Shown: positions 47,657-57,674 of the stretch, piece by piece
Layout of the letters: every line of letters starts with the position of its first letter
Position numbering within the stretch: the stretch's first letter is position 1
Position numbers and translations under genes: made by a program
The notes under the pieces: model-generated
What the model saw: only the letters and a program-made list of their open reading frames with translations
Told to the model about the DNA's origin: nothing
The model's database searches: none
DNA from: Caldisericota bacterium
GTDB taxonomy: Bacteria; Caldisericota; JANLFM01
Assembly: GCA_024655865.1 (NCBI GenBank)
Contig: JANLFM010000002.1
Coordinates: 74,405-138,404 of the forward strand
Length of the DNA stretch: 64,000 bases
Direction: 5' to 3'

Positions 47657-48670
47657 ATGGATGTAATAATCGAAGCAGAAAAATTGACGAAGATCTACCC
47701 CGGCGGCGTGCTGGCTGTGGACCATATTGACCTCTCTGTAAAGGAAGGAGAGATTTTTGGTTTCCTGGGTCCGAACGGCGCAGGGAAAAGCACTACCATA
47801 ATGATGCTCGTAACCCTTCTTCATCCCACTGAAGGAAAGGCCCGCATTGCCGGGTGGGATATAGTACAACATCGTGGTCGAGTGCGCAGCGTTCTGGGCT
47901 ATGTTTCCCAGGATATCGCCGTGGATGAGTATCTCACGGGCTGGGAAAACCTTCTGCTCCAGGGCAAACTCTATCACCTTTCACCCCAGGAGATTAAAAC
48001 CAGGGGAAAGGAAGTCCTGGAAATGGTGGACCTCTGGGAGAGAAAGGACGAACTGGTCCAGAATTATTCAGGAGGTATGAGGAAGCGCCTGGACATTGCC
48101 TGTGGGTTGATTCACCGGCCGCGCATTCTTTTTCTGGATGAGCCCACCCTGGGATTGGACATCCAGACCCGTTCCAAGATCTGGGAGTACATTCGCCAGC
48201 TTCGCTCCGAGCACAAGATGACCATCTTCCTCACCACACATTACATGGACGAAGCCGATAAGCTCTGCGATCGAATCGCCATTATCGACCACGGGAAGAT
48301 CATGGCAATTGGAACCCCTTTGGAGTTAAAACGCTCCGTGGGAGGAGACCTCGTATCCATTAAGTTTCAAGAAAACGGAAACGGTCAGAGGGAGGAAATT
48401 TTTACTGCTTTGAAGGAATTCCCCTTGGTTGAGAGCGTAAAGGAGAAGGACTCTCAACTTTTGATTGTTACTAAAGACGGGAACACGGCAATCCCCCAGA
48501 TATTGTCCAGGCTGCACGATATGGGGGCAGAAGTTCAAAGTATCTCCATGAAAAGACCGTCCCTGGACGACGTCTTTCTCTTTTACACCGGCCGACAGTT
48601 GAGGGATGAGGAAGCCTCCCCTCAGGATTTTTATCGGATGCGAATGGCCTTAAGGAGGGCAAAAAGATGA
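47657..48670 (+). CDS. ABC transporter ATP-binding protein (ABC-2 exporter type)
   Basis: Walker A GPNGAGKST, signature LSGGMRKRL, Walker B ILFLDEPT. Confidence 0.9.
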   Translation: MDVIIEAEKLTKIYPGGVLAVDHIDLSVKEGEIFGFLGPNGAGKSTTIMMLVTLLHPTEGKARIAGWDIVQHRGRVRSVLGYVSQDIAVDEYLTGWENLLLQGKLYHLSPQEIKTRGKEVLEMVDLWERKDELVQNYSGGMRKRLDIACGLIHRPRILFLDEPTLGLDIQTRSKIWEYIRQLRSEHKMTIFLTTHYMDEADKLCDRIAIIDHGKIMAIGTPLELKRSVGGDLVSIKFQENGNGQREEIFTALKEFPLVESVKEKDSQLLIVTKDGNTAIPQILSRLHDMGAEVQSISMKRPSLDDVFLFYTGRQLRDEEASPQDFYRMRMALRRAKR

Positions 48671-49446
48671 AAAGGTTAACAAATATCCTATCTGATATCT
48701 GGTATGTTTGCTGGCGGGAAATGAAGCACTTCTGGGGCCAGAAGGTGCGCATTTTAATGAACATCATTCAACCTGTGATCTGGTTGGGATTGATGGGCAA
48801 CATGTTCTCCAATATCACAGCCATTCCCGGCTTCCCTGCAAAGTCATACCTGCAGTTTATGACCCCGGGTGTGATTGCCATGACTTCCATCTTCGGTGCA
48901 GCTTTTGGGGGTATGTCCATCGTTTTTGACCGTCGTTTTGGTTATTTGAACAAGCTCCTCGCCTCCCCCATTTCCCGCGTCTCCATTCCTATGGGGAAAA
49001 TGCTTTCCAGCGCCCTACAGGCGGGAATCCAGAGCATTATTATCGTGTTGATCGCTCTGGCTTTAGGAGTGAAGTTCGGCACTGGATTTACGGGCGTCCT
49101 AGTTATGGTGCTGGTTGCCATGCTCCTAACCCTGGCGATCTCAGGAATATCCCTTTCCCTCTCCGCAGTTTTAAAAACTCAGGAATCCCTGATGGCCGTG
49201 GTGAACTTCCTCACCATGCCTCTGATCTTCACCTCAAACGCCATGTTCCCTACAAATATGATGCCCAAATGGTTGGCTTCAATTGCTTCCTACAATCCTG
49301 TCTCTTTCGCTGTGGAACCCATGCGCAATTTAATTTTGGGCTCCTGGAATTGGGGCGCCCTGGGAGTTGATATCGTAGCCTTAATCGGATTTGGGGTTTT
49401 GATGACCATAATCGCAACATTGCTTTTCCGGCGTAGTGTAGCTTAA
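48667..49446 (+). CDS. ABC-2 type transporter permease
   Basis: 6-TM ABC-2 permease; 4-nt overlap with the ATPase gene. Confidence 0.8.
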   Translation: MKRLTNILSDIWYVCWREMKHFWGQKVRILMNIIQPVIWLGLMGNMFSNITAIPGFPAKSYLQFMTPGVIAMTSIFGAAFGGMSIVFDRRFGYLNKLLASPISRVSIPMGKMLSSALQAGIQSIIIVLIALALGVKFGTGFTGVLVMVLVAMLLTLAISGISLSLSAVLKTQESLMAVVNFLTMPLIFTSNAMFPTNMMPKWLASIASYNPVSFAVEPMRNLILGSWNWGALGVDIVALIGFGVLMTIIATLLFRRSVA

Positions 49447-49459
49447 AATTTGATTCACG

Positions 49460-51856
49460 ATGCAGTTCAGGTCCACGGGAGAGTTTTCCTCTCTTTCCAT
49501 AGAAGAAGCCTTTAAGGAGCTGGAGAGCTCTCCTCGGGGCTTGAGTGAGGAAGAAGCCAGGGCTCGGCTTTCACTCTGGGGTTACAACGAAATCCCGGAG
49601 AAAAGGATGAGTCCTGTTGTGTTTTTCCTTACCCGCTTCTGGGGACCCATGCCCTGGCTTTTGGAAATTGCCATTCTCTTCTCTTTCTTATTGGGGCGGA
49701 CTCTGGAAGGCGTTTTGATCTCTTTTCTCCTCCTCTTGAACGCCATCATTGGGTTCTGGCACAGGTGGAACTCCACAAAGACCGTGGAACTTTTAAAGAA
49801 GAACCTGCATGTGAGCGCTCGAATTTTGAGGGATGGTGAGATCAAAATTAGAGAGGCCAGGGAATTGGTCCCCGGGGATGTAGTTTATCTCAAGCAGGGA
49901 GATTTCATTCCCGCAGACCTGAAAGCGTTTCGGGGTGAAGCTACGGTGGACCAATCGGCGATCACCGGGGAATCTCTGCCAGTTTCTGTAAAAGAAGGCG
50001 GAATTTTGTATTCCGGATCAATACTCAAGCGGGGTGAGCTGAAAGCTCTGGTTTTGAACACCGGCATTCGTTCCTTTTACGGTACTTCTCTGGAACTCGT
50101 GAGGATCGCCCAACCCAAATCCCACCAGGAGGAACTAATTCTCAAAGTTATCAGGTACTCCCTTTTCTTCGCCATGTTCTGCGCCTTAGGAGCCTCGGTA
50201 TTCGGTATTTTTGCCGGCTTGAGTCTGATTACAATTCTTGAGTTTGACCTGACCGTGCTCATGGGAGCGGTACCGGTTGCTATCCCGGTGATGCTTACTA
50301 TCGTCCAGGCAGCTGGGGCTGTGGAGCTCTCGAGGAAGGGTGTTCTCGTTACCCGCTTAGACTCCGTGGAGGATGCCGCTTCCTGCGACATCCTCTGCCT
50401 GGACAAAACGGGGACGATCACGGAAAACAGGATCACCGTGGAGGGAGTGATTCCTCTTGAGGGGAACGAGGAGGAAGTCCTCCTCTGGGCAGGATTGGCT
50501 TCCGAGAAGGACTCCCAGGATCAGATTGACTCCGCAATTCTGAGTGAAATAGAAAAAAGAAAAATTGACCTTTCGACTTATCGGAGGCTCTCATTTATCC
50601 CCTTCGATCCGGAAACGCGCAGGACGGAAGCCCTTGTGGCAAATGAGGGCGGCCAGGTGCGTGCTCTTAAAGGAGCCCCTCAGGTAATCGCAGAACTCTT
50701 TACTCTCGAAAAGAAGGATAGAGCGAACCTTGAGGGGATAGTTGAGGAATTTTCAAAAAAGGGCGCAAGGAGCATTGCTGTAGCTATAGAGCGAGAAGGA
50801 CGGGCCAGGGTTTTGGGAGTGATCGGCCTTTATGACCCTCCACGCAAAGAGGCTTTCTCCACTATCAAGAAGTTAAAAAAATTGAACGTGAAACCGATCA
50901 TGATCACCGGGGACAACATTCTGATTGCCCGGCAAATCGCAAAACTCGTGGGCATCGGACCTCGAGTGCGAAGCTTCGCTGAATTAAAAGAGCTCCCGGA
51001 TCAGGAATTCGCTTCCGCACTTGAGCAACTGGACGGGATCGCCGAGGTCTTCCCCGAGGACAAATATCAGATTGTGAAACACCTTCAGGAGAAAGGTCAT
51101 ATTGTAGGAATGACCGGAGATGGAGTGAACGACTCTCCTGCCCTAAAGCAGGCGGAGTTGGGGATCGCCGTGGAAAACGCCACGGACGCAGCTCGGGCCT
51201 CAGCCAGTGTGGTATTAACCAGACCCGGGATCGATGTAATTCTGGACTGCCTGATCCTCTCCCGGAAGACCTTCCAGAGGACCTTGACCTGGATTTTAAA
51301 CAAGATCATAAAAGTGGTGGAGTTTTCCGCGCTGCTCACCTTAGGATTCCTCTGGCTTAGGACCAGCGTGCTTCCCCTTTTGTATATGGCACTTCTGATC
51401 CTGGCTAACGACTTTGCCACAATGTCTCTGGCCACTGATCGGGTAGAGTTCTCCAGTTCCCCCAATGTCTGGAATGTGAAAAATATTGCCCTGGCAGCTT
51501 TAATTCCCGGCTTGCTTTTCTTTGTGGAGGACGCACTGATCCTTATCTGGGGAAAGTCAATTTTCCCCTTGCCTCAACTTCAAAGCCTGGTACTTCTTGC
51601 CCTGGTCTTCAACAGCCAGATGCGCATCATGCTTGTCAGAGAGAGAAGACACTTCTGGTCTTCCTTGCCCGGTAGAGCACTAACCCTGGCTTTTCTTTTC
51701 ACCCTCGTTACTTTTTCAGCTTTAGCTGTTTTTGGGGTCGTGTTTTATCCCCTTTCCCTGGTGGTCGTCCTTGGCCTTTTCCTCTTCATTCTCGCTTGCG
51801 CCCTGATTATCGATTTCCCCAAGTTTTACCTTTTCCGCAAGCTCCTACAGACCTGA
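49460..51856 (+). CDS. P-type cation-translocating ATPase (P3A/H+-ATPase-like or P2-like)
   Basis: DKTGTITEN phosphorylation motif, TGES, MTGDGVNDSPALKQAELGIAV hinge. Confidence 0.85.
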   Translation: MQFRSTGEFSSLSIEEAFKELESSPRGLSEEEARARLSLWGYNEIPEKRMSPVVFFLTRFWGPMPWLLEIAILFSFLLGRTLEGVLISFLLLLNAIIGFWHRWNSTKTVELLKKNLHVSARILRDGEIKIREARELVPGDVVYLKQGDFIPADLKAFRGEATVDQSAITGESLPVSVKEGGILYSGSILKRGELKALVLNTGIRSFYGTSLELVRIAQPKSHQEELILKVIRYSLFFAMFCALGASVFGIFAGLSLITILEFDLTVLMGAVPVAIPVMLTIVQAAGAVELSRKGVLVTRLDSVEDAASCDILCLDKTGTITENRITVEGVIPLEGNEEEVLLWAGLASEKDSQDQIDSAILSEIEKRKIDLSTYRRLSFIPFDPETRRTEALVANEGGQVRALKGAPQVIAELFTLEKKDRANLEGIVEEFSKKGARSIAVAIEREGRARVLGVIGLYDPPRKEAFSTIKKLKKLNVKPIMITGDNILIARQIAKLVGIGPRVRSFAELKELPDQEFASALEQLDGIAEVFPEDKYQIVKHLQEKGHIVGMTGDGVNDSPALKQAELGIAVENATDAARASASVVLTRPGIDVILDCLILSRKTFQRTLTWILNKIIKVVEFSALLTLGFLWLRTSVLPLLYMALLILANDFATMSLATDRVEFSSSPNVWNVKNIALAALIPGLLFFVEDALILIWGKSIFPLPQLQSLVLLALVFNSQMRIMLVRERRHFWSSLPGRALTLAFLFTLVTFSALAVFGVVFYPLSLVVVLGLFLFILACALIIDFPKFYLFRKLLQT

Positions 51857-51859
51857 CCT

Positions 51860-52561
51860 TTAAGTTTTTTTCTTTTTCTTTTCCAGGGAGTACTTCTTCA
51901 GGTAAACCTCATGCATCAGCCAGGCCTCAACGGGACTAATGGGCACTGCTCCCCCCAGGAACTGGGATTCGATAAAAGCCTTGCAGGCCTTCTCTAAAAT
52001 CTGACAAGCCACAAAAGCCTCTTCCAGATCCCTGCCCACACAAATGGCCCCGTGATTGGCAAGTAAAACTGCATTTCTTCCCCTTAAAGCCCTAACCGCT
52101 TTTTTTGCCAGGGATTTCGTCCCGGGAAGAGCATACTCAGCCACCCTGACCGAGGGGCCCAGGATCTGGGCCATATCGTCCAGAATAGGCGGCACCTCTC
52201 GGCGCGATGCGGCCACCGTGCTGGCGTTCATAGAATGAGTATGGATGATGGCACCAACGTCCGGTCGATTTCTGTAAATCTCGGCATGAAGTTGTTTCTC
52301 GCTGGAGGGTTTCAGCTCCCCCTCGTAGTGCAAATCATTGAGACTCACTAAAACCATATCCTCAGGGGTAAGTTTCTCGTATTCCATGCCGCTTGGGGTA
52401 ATCACCATGAAGTTCTTCCCCACCTTCACGCTAATGTTTCCCCAGGTTCCAGAGACGAGATTTTCCTTCAAAAGCCTTTTCCCGGCTTCACAAAGAAGGC
52501 TTCTGGCTCTTTTAACTTCCTCCGCATCTAGTATCATAGTGCTTCCCTTATCTGAGTTCAT
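51860..52561 (-). CDS. Class II aldolase/adducin-family protein (L-fuculose-1-phosphate aldolase-like). Alternative start at 52537
   Basis: HTHS...NHG metal-ligand His pattern of FucA/AraD-type aldolases. Confidence 0.8.
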   Translation of the reverse strand: MNSDKGSTMILDAEEVKRARSLLCEAGKRLLKENLVSGTWGNISVKVGKNFMVITPSGMEYEKLTPEDMVLVSLNDLHYEGELKPSSEKQLHAEIYRNRPDVGAIIHTHSMNASTVAASRREVPPILDDMAQILGPSVRVAEYALPGTKSLAKKAVRALRGRNAVLLANHGAICVGRDLEEAFVACQILEKACKAFIESQFLGGAVPISPVEAWLMHEVYLKKYSLEKKKKKT

Positions 52562-52566
52562 CCCTT

Positions 52567-53832
52567 TTATTCTCTTTTGTTATTCTTTTCGCTTTCATCA
52601 TCTTTTGTCTTAACATTTCTTGCGGCCATAAGCGCGGATTCCTTAAGCCTCAAAGCCAAAAGAAAAGCCACGAACATCAGCGCGATCAGAAGAAGAAGCG
52701 AATAAGTCATATCTCCAGAGGAGGAGCGCAAGGCGTCCATAACATAAATGAAGATGATTCCGGAAATCTGCCCCATCATCATCAAAATCCCGTAAGATGT
52801 GCCCTCGGGCACCGGATAGGCCACTTCCGCCCCGTATTGAAAACCGACTGGACCCATACCCATGACGAAAAATCCCATAATGGAAGCGGAAACCAAAAGC
52901 CATCCGTAACTTTTAAAAAAGGTCAGACCCAAAAAACCAGGAATGGCGGCCAAAATGGACCATACTAAAATAGGCACGCGCTTCCTCACTTGATCGGAAA
53001 TGAGAGGCAAAACCAGGGCCCCGAAGAGACCAGCCACCACGAGAAGCCCGCCGATGAGACCAGCCTGGACGGAAGAGATCCCACGAGGGTTAAGGATGTT
53101 CTCCACCCAGGTCATCACAGCGTTAAAAATGCCCATTACAATGAAGAAACAGGCCATCAAAATTACGAAGCTACCTTTGCGCCAGAGATCGCGCAGATCT
53201 TTTAAGTTCAATCGGTTCACAAGCTCTTCTCCGGGACCGGGAGGTGCGGGTGGGCGCTCCCGGGAAAAGACGAGAAAGATCACGGCACAAACGACGGCTG
53301 CGTATCCGTAAACGAGGAGCATCCTTTCCAGACCAAGGTTTTCAGTCAGCAAGGGGGTCAAAACCATGGCCACGATCATCCCCACGTAGGTGGCCATAGT
53401 GGCGATCCCTGTTGCTGTAGCCCTTTCTTTCAGCGGAAACCACCTGGCGGCCACCTTGGTGATGGAGTTGACTAAAAAGGGCTGGGCTATGGCCACGCCA
53501 ATCTGGAAAATGGTCACCGCGGTGAAGTTCGAGGCAAAAACCCCTCTGAGCATACCGAAGAGGGCGGAAATCAGGGCTCCCACACCCATGGCAGCACGGA
53601 AACCCCTGGAGTCCACAAGCCAGGAGGCAAAAGGAGCGACTACAATGTACACGATCATGTAAGCCATGGAAAGGAAGGCAATGCTTAGCGGGGAAACCTG
53701 ATAAAAGTCCTTGGCGATGTCGGTGATTGGAGCAAATGTTAGCCAGAAAACGTTAATCGTGACCAGAATTGGGATCATGGAAAGCAATATTACCCATCTA
53801 TATGGGTAGATCCTGTACTCCGCTTTTTCCAA
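52567..53832 (-). CDS. MFS transporter
   Basis: 12 TM MFS architecture. Confidence 0.8.
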   Translation of the reverse strand: MEKAEYRIYPYRWVILLSMIPILVTINVFWLTFAPITDIAKDFYQVSPLSIAFLSMAYMIVYIVVAPFASWLVDSRGFRAAMGVGALISALFGMLRGVFASNFTAVTIFQIGVAIAQPFLVNSITKVAARWFPLKERATATGIATMATYVGMIVAMVLTPLLTENLGLERMLLVYGYAAVVCAVIFLVFSRERPPAPPGPGEELVNRLNLKDLRDLWRKGSFVILMACFFIVMGIFNAVMTWVENILNPRGISSVQAGLIGGLLVVAGLFGALVLPLISDQVRKRVPILVWSILAAIPGFLGLTFFKSYGWLLVSASIMGFFVMGMGPVGFQYGAEVAYPVPEGTSYGILMMMGQISGIIFIYVMDALRSSSGDMTYSLLLLIALMFVAFLLALRLKESALMAARNVKTKDDESEKNNKRE

Positions 53833-53851
53833 TTCAGTGTCCTCCTTATTT

Positions 53852-55381
53852 TTAAAAGCGATGAGAATTAATCTCCCTGTAAACCCTTTCCAGGGAAAAG
53901 TAAAGGGACTGATAAGAAGCGAAAAGCCGATCGTAAATTAAGAAATTTTCCGGGTGGGGGGAGTAGGAGCTTTTAATTCTTAAAAGGTTCTTTACTTCAG
54001 AGAAGCTTTTGCACACCCCCAGGCCCACGGCCACGCACATGGCCGCTCCTATTGCTCCAGCAATCTCCGGATGCTCTGGAACCTCGATCCTTTTTTTAGT
54101 GACATCGGAAATGATTTGCATCCACTCGGGGTTCAGGGCTCCCCCACCGATCACTTTTAAAACAGGAGGGTCGAATCCAAAATCCCGTTTATAGTTCTCC
54201 AGGATCCACCTCAGGTTATAGGCTACTCCCTCATAAGCCGCCTTCACCAAATGGCCTCTTTTGTGTTCGGGACCGATGTTGAACATAGTAGAACGGGTTG
54301 TGGTAGTGCTCACCGGGCAACGTTCCCCATAAATCCAGGGGGTGAGGATCAGGCAATCGGAGCCAGCAGGGACCTTCTTTGCCTCCTCGTTTAAAAAGGC
54401 GTAAATATCGGGGATATCAGGGTCATGGAGCTCCTTGCTGTAGAATTCCTCAATGATCCACTTGAGCACCGAACCCGCGGATTCCGTGATTCCCACCAGG
54501 ATATTCATCTCCGGGTCCGCGCTCTGGAGGCAAGCGGCGCCGTGCTTAAACTTCAGGTCGCGTCTCGTGGAAACACCCACCCAGGCAGAAGTGCCCAAAT
54601 AAATGTGAGCTTCTCCCTCCTCCACGGCGCTCGAGCCCACGGTAGCGCTCTGAGTGTCGTCACATCCCCCCACTACTGGTGTGCCTTCCTTTAAACCCAT
54701 GGCCTCTGCCGCTTCCTTAGTGAGTCCGCCCACTACGTCTATGGAGCGCACAAGTGGGGGAAGTTTTGCCGTATCTATACCCGCGGCCTTGAAGAAAATC
54801 CGCAACCAATCCTTTTTCTTCAAATCAAAACCGTAAGAGCTGGCCCCCGACCACTCCGCCACCTTCTTTCCCGTAGATTTGAACTTCAGGTAACCGTTTA
54901 CGTCCAGAAAATACTCCGTTTTCTCGTATATCTGGTGTTCTTCCTCTTTGATCCAGAGGAGCTTGGGAATTACGTCCTTTCCCGTAAGCTTGATCCCTAC
55001 GAAGCTTTTGAACACCTCCTCGCCCAGGAACTTCTTCATGATCTTCCGGGCTTGCTTTTCCGCTCTGCCGTCCACCCAGGTGATATTTAGCCGTAGCACG
55101 TTCCCCCCTTTGTCCACCGGGATGATTCCCATAGCCTGAGTAGTGTAAGCGATTCCTAAAACCTCTTCCGGGGAAATTCCGGATTTCTCCATAATCTCTC
55201 TGGTGGTTTTTACAATTGCTTTCCAGTAGTCCTCAGGATCCTGTTCCGCCCAATTCGGATGAGGGTTATAAAGTGGATAAAATTCCGTGGCATGTGAGAT
55301 AATCGATCCTTCCACATCAAAAAGAGCGGCTTTGGTACTGCTCGTCCCTACGTCGTGAGCGATTATATACTTCGTCTTCAT
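53852..55381 (-). CDS. FGGY-family carbohydrate kinase (xylulo-/fuculo-/rhamnulokinase-like)
   Basis: YIIAHDVGTSSTKAALFD N-terminus and FGGY C-terminal motifs; 509 aa. Confidence 0.85.
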   Translation of the reverse strand: MKTKYIIAHDVGTSSTKAALFDVEGSIISHATEFYPLYNPHPNWAEQDPEDYWKAIVKTTREIMEKSGISPEEVLGIAYTTQAMGIIPVDKGGNVLRLNITWVDGRAEKQARKIMKKFLGEEVFKSFVGIKLTGKDVIPKLLWIKEEEHQIYEKTEYFLDVNGYLKFKSTGKKVAEWSGASSYGFDLKKKDWLRIFFKAAGIDTAKLPPLVRSIDVVGGLTKEAAEAMGLKEGTPVVGGCDDTQSATVGSSAVEEGEAHIYLGTSAWVGVSTRRDLKFKHGAACLQSADPEMNILVGITESAGSVLKWIIEEFYSKELHDPDIPDIYAFLNEEAKKVPAGSDCLILTPWIYGERCPVSTTTTRSTMFNIGPEHKRGHLVKAAYEGVAYNLRWILENYKRDFGFDPPVLKVIGGGALNPEWMQIISDVTKKRIEVPEHPEIAGAIGAAMCVAVGLGVCKSFSEVKNLLRIKSSYSPHPENFLIYDRLFASYQSLYFSLERVYREINSHRF

Positions 55382-55469
55382 TTTCCCTCCGTCGAGCTTC
55401 CGGTTTAAGGAATTTTCACCCCATAGGGGGTCTTACTTCTAATTATTATATCAAATTCCATAATTGTAT

Positions 55470-55498
55470 TTGACATTAAAATTGAACTTGAGTATACT
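55470..55498 (+). promoter_or_regulatory. Sigma-70-like promoter TTGACA-17-TATACT for the TetR gene (divergent region with the FGGY kinase)
   Basis: Consensus hexamers with 17-nt spacer about 22 nt upstream of the TetR start. Confidence 0.55.
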
Positions 55499-55519
55499 TT
55501 TTGTGAAAATTTTTGGAAA

Positions 55520-56137
55520 ATGAGCAACAACCTTTCACGCAGAGAAAGAAAGAAAAACGCCACGCGCTCCAGCATCCTGAGAGCCGCCAGGCACCTCTTT
55601 GAGGAGAAGGGCCCGGAGAACACCTCTATCGAGGAGATTGCCGAAATGGCCGATGTCTCCAAAAGCACCTTTTTCAATTACTTCCCAAACAAAGAGAGTC
55701 TATTCACTGCTATTGCCGAGGAGGAAGTGCAGGACATCCTCCTTTTAGAGGAGGAGCTGAGCTCGGAAAAGAGCGCCCTTAAAAAAATCAGGGCCATTAC
55801 TAAGAGGATTCTCGAGGACGTTATCCCCTACCTTCATTTGACCGGTAAAATTGTCTTCACCTCAATAATTTCAACTGATGGGCGCCCCTCTCCCTTTTTG
55901 GAGATCAATTTCCTCCTTGAGCGAATTGTTAAAGAGGGACAGGAAAAGGGGGAAATTGCTGCAATCTTTTCCCCCACGGATATCGCTACGGCCATCATGG
56001 GTTGCTGTTATGGCCTGATTTTCCGCTGGATCGAGTTAGGTTATAAAGCGGGATCAATATCCGAGCTGGAGAAGATCCTGGATATGCTTTTTCTAAGTAT
56101 AAAAGGGCCTCATGCCCAAGGTAGCCCTAAAAAATAA
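55520..56137 (+). CDS. TetR/AcrR-family transcriptional regulator
   Basis: N-terminal HTH ATRSSILRAARHLFEEKGPENTSIEEIAEMADVSKSTFFNYF. Confidence 0.85.
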   Translation: MSNNLSRRERKKNATRSSILRAARHLFEEKGPENTSIEEIAEMADVSKSTFFNYFPNKESLFTAIAEEEVQDILLLEEELSSEKSALKKIRAITKRILEDVIPYLHLTGKIVFTSIISTDGRPSPFLEINFLLERIVKEGQEKGEIAAIFSPTDIATAIMGCCYGLIFRWIELGYKAGSISELEKILDMLFLSIKGPHAQGSPKK

Positions 56138-56156
56138 AGAAAAGGGAGGGAAAAAC

Positions 56157-57614
56157 ATGGAAAAGGAAGGATACGCTATTTCCAGATGGGAAGAGCCCGA
56201 TGAGGTTTACCGAAAGCTCAATGAACTGGTAAAACAGCCCGTAAGGCGCATAAAGCATGAGGTCATGAACGCCTACCTGGAATATTTCAATTCCAGGTGC
56301 GCGGGCTCCAGAAAAATCGTCGAGGAAGCCAAAAATTACATTCCTGGAGGCGTGCAACACAATCTGGCTTTCAACTACCCTTTCCCTCTCGTGATTGAGA
56401 AAGCGGAGGGCGCTTACCTCTGGGATATTGACGGAAATAAATACATAGATTTCCTGCAGGCTGGTGGGCCCACTATTTTAGGAAGCAATTATGCGCCAGT
56501 TCGAGAGAAAGTGATTGAACTCCTCCAGACCTGTGGACCGGTTACGGGGCTCTTCCACGAGTATGAGCTTAAATTGGCCCAGCTGATCAACAAGTATATG
56601 CCCTCCGTGGAAATGTTCCGCATGTTAGGAAGCGGTACCGAGGCCGTGATGGCTGCGCTCAGGATTGCTCGCCTGGCAACGGGAAAAACCAAGGTGATCA
56701 AGATCGGTGGAGCCTATCACGGATGGAGCGACCAGATGGTCTACGGCCTCCATGTCCCCGGAACTGGAAGGTATGAGGCCCACGGCATTCCTAAGAGCTG
56801 TACCCGGCATACCCAGGAAGTCCCTCCCAACGATATCCACGCTTTAGAGCGAAAGCTCAAGATGAACCGCCTGAGGGGGGGGACAGCAGCTGTAATCGTG
56901 GAACCTCTGGGGCCGGAAAGCGGGACCAGGCCGGTGTACAAGGATTACAACAAACAGGTCAGGGAACTCTGCGATAAGTATGGTGCTTTGCTCATCTTCG
57001 ACGAGGTAGTCACAGGATTCCGGGTTGGGTTAGGAGGGGCTCAAGGATACTTTGGGGTCAAACCCGATTTAACCATCTTCGGAAAAATAGTTGCCGGAGG
57101 TTATCCCGGAGCAGGAGGAGTAGGCGGGAAAAGGGAACTGATCAAACTTCTTGCGGCGGGAATCGAAAGCGGCAAAAAGAGGGCTTACGTAGGAGGAACG
57201 CTGGCCGCCAATCCCCTGAGCTCGCTTGCCGGGTATTACACCATTCTGGAAATTGAGAGGACCAAAGCCTGCGAAATTGCGGGAAGAGCCGGAGACAGGC
57301 TCACAAAGGGGTTAAGGAAGCTGATCGAGAAGTACAGGCTTCCTTACGTAGCCTATAACCATGGTTCCATCTGCCATCTGGAGACATCGGGAGCAATGTT
57401 CGTGAAGATCGACCTGCTCCACCTGAAGAAGTCCCTGAAGGACATCCACGAGCGCAAGTTTATGATGGAGGAAATGGGGGCCGCCTATATGGCTGAGGGG
57501 ATTATCACCCTCGCTGGGAGTAGAATGTACACCAGTCTCGCGGATACCGATGAGGTCATAGATGATGCCTTAAACAGGTTCGAACGAGTGTTCCAGAGCG
57601 TAGAAGGCGCCTAA
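56157..57614 (+). CDS. Class III PLP aminotransferase, glutamate-1-semialdehyde 2,1-aminomutase-like (start MEKEGY; ORF-track start 56112)
   Basis: GSGTEAVMAALRIAR and LIFDEVVTGFR...FGKIVAGG (Lys) motifs. GGAGGG RBS before ATG at 56157. Confidence 0.8.
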   Translation: MEKEGYAISRWEEPDEVYRKLNELVKQPVRRIKHEVMNAYLEYFNSRCAGSRKIVEEAKNYIPGGVQHNLAFNYPFPLVIEKAEGAYLWDIDGNKYIDFLQAGGPTILGSNYAPVREKVIELLQTCGPVTGLFHEYELKLAQLINKYMPSVEMFRMLGSGTEAVMAALRIARLATGKTKVIKIGGAYHGWSDQMVYGLHVPGTGRYEAHGIPKSCTRHTQEVPPNDIHALERKLKMNRLRGGTAAVIVEPLGPESGTRPVYKDYNKQVRELCDKYGALLIFDEVVTGFRVGLGGAQGYFGVKPDLTIFGKIVAGGYPGAGGVGGKRELIKLLAAGIESGKKRAYVGGTLAANPLSSLAGYYTILEIERTKACEIAGRAGDRLTKGLRKLIEKYRLPYVAYNHGSICHLETSGAMFVKIDLLHLKKSLKDIHERKFMMEEMGAAYMAEGIITLAGSRMYTSLADTDEVIDDALNRFERVFQSVEGA

Positions 57615-57674
57615 GCATTCCTGGAAGAGAAAACCAGCCTAAAAAGTCCATTCTCAGGAATATTCGGAAGGAAA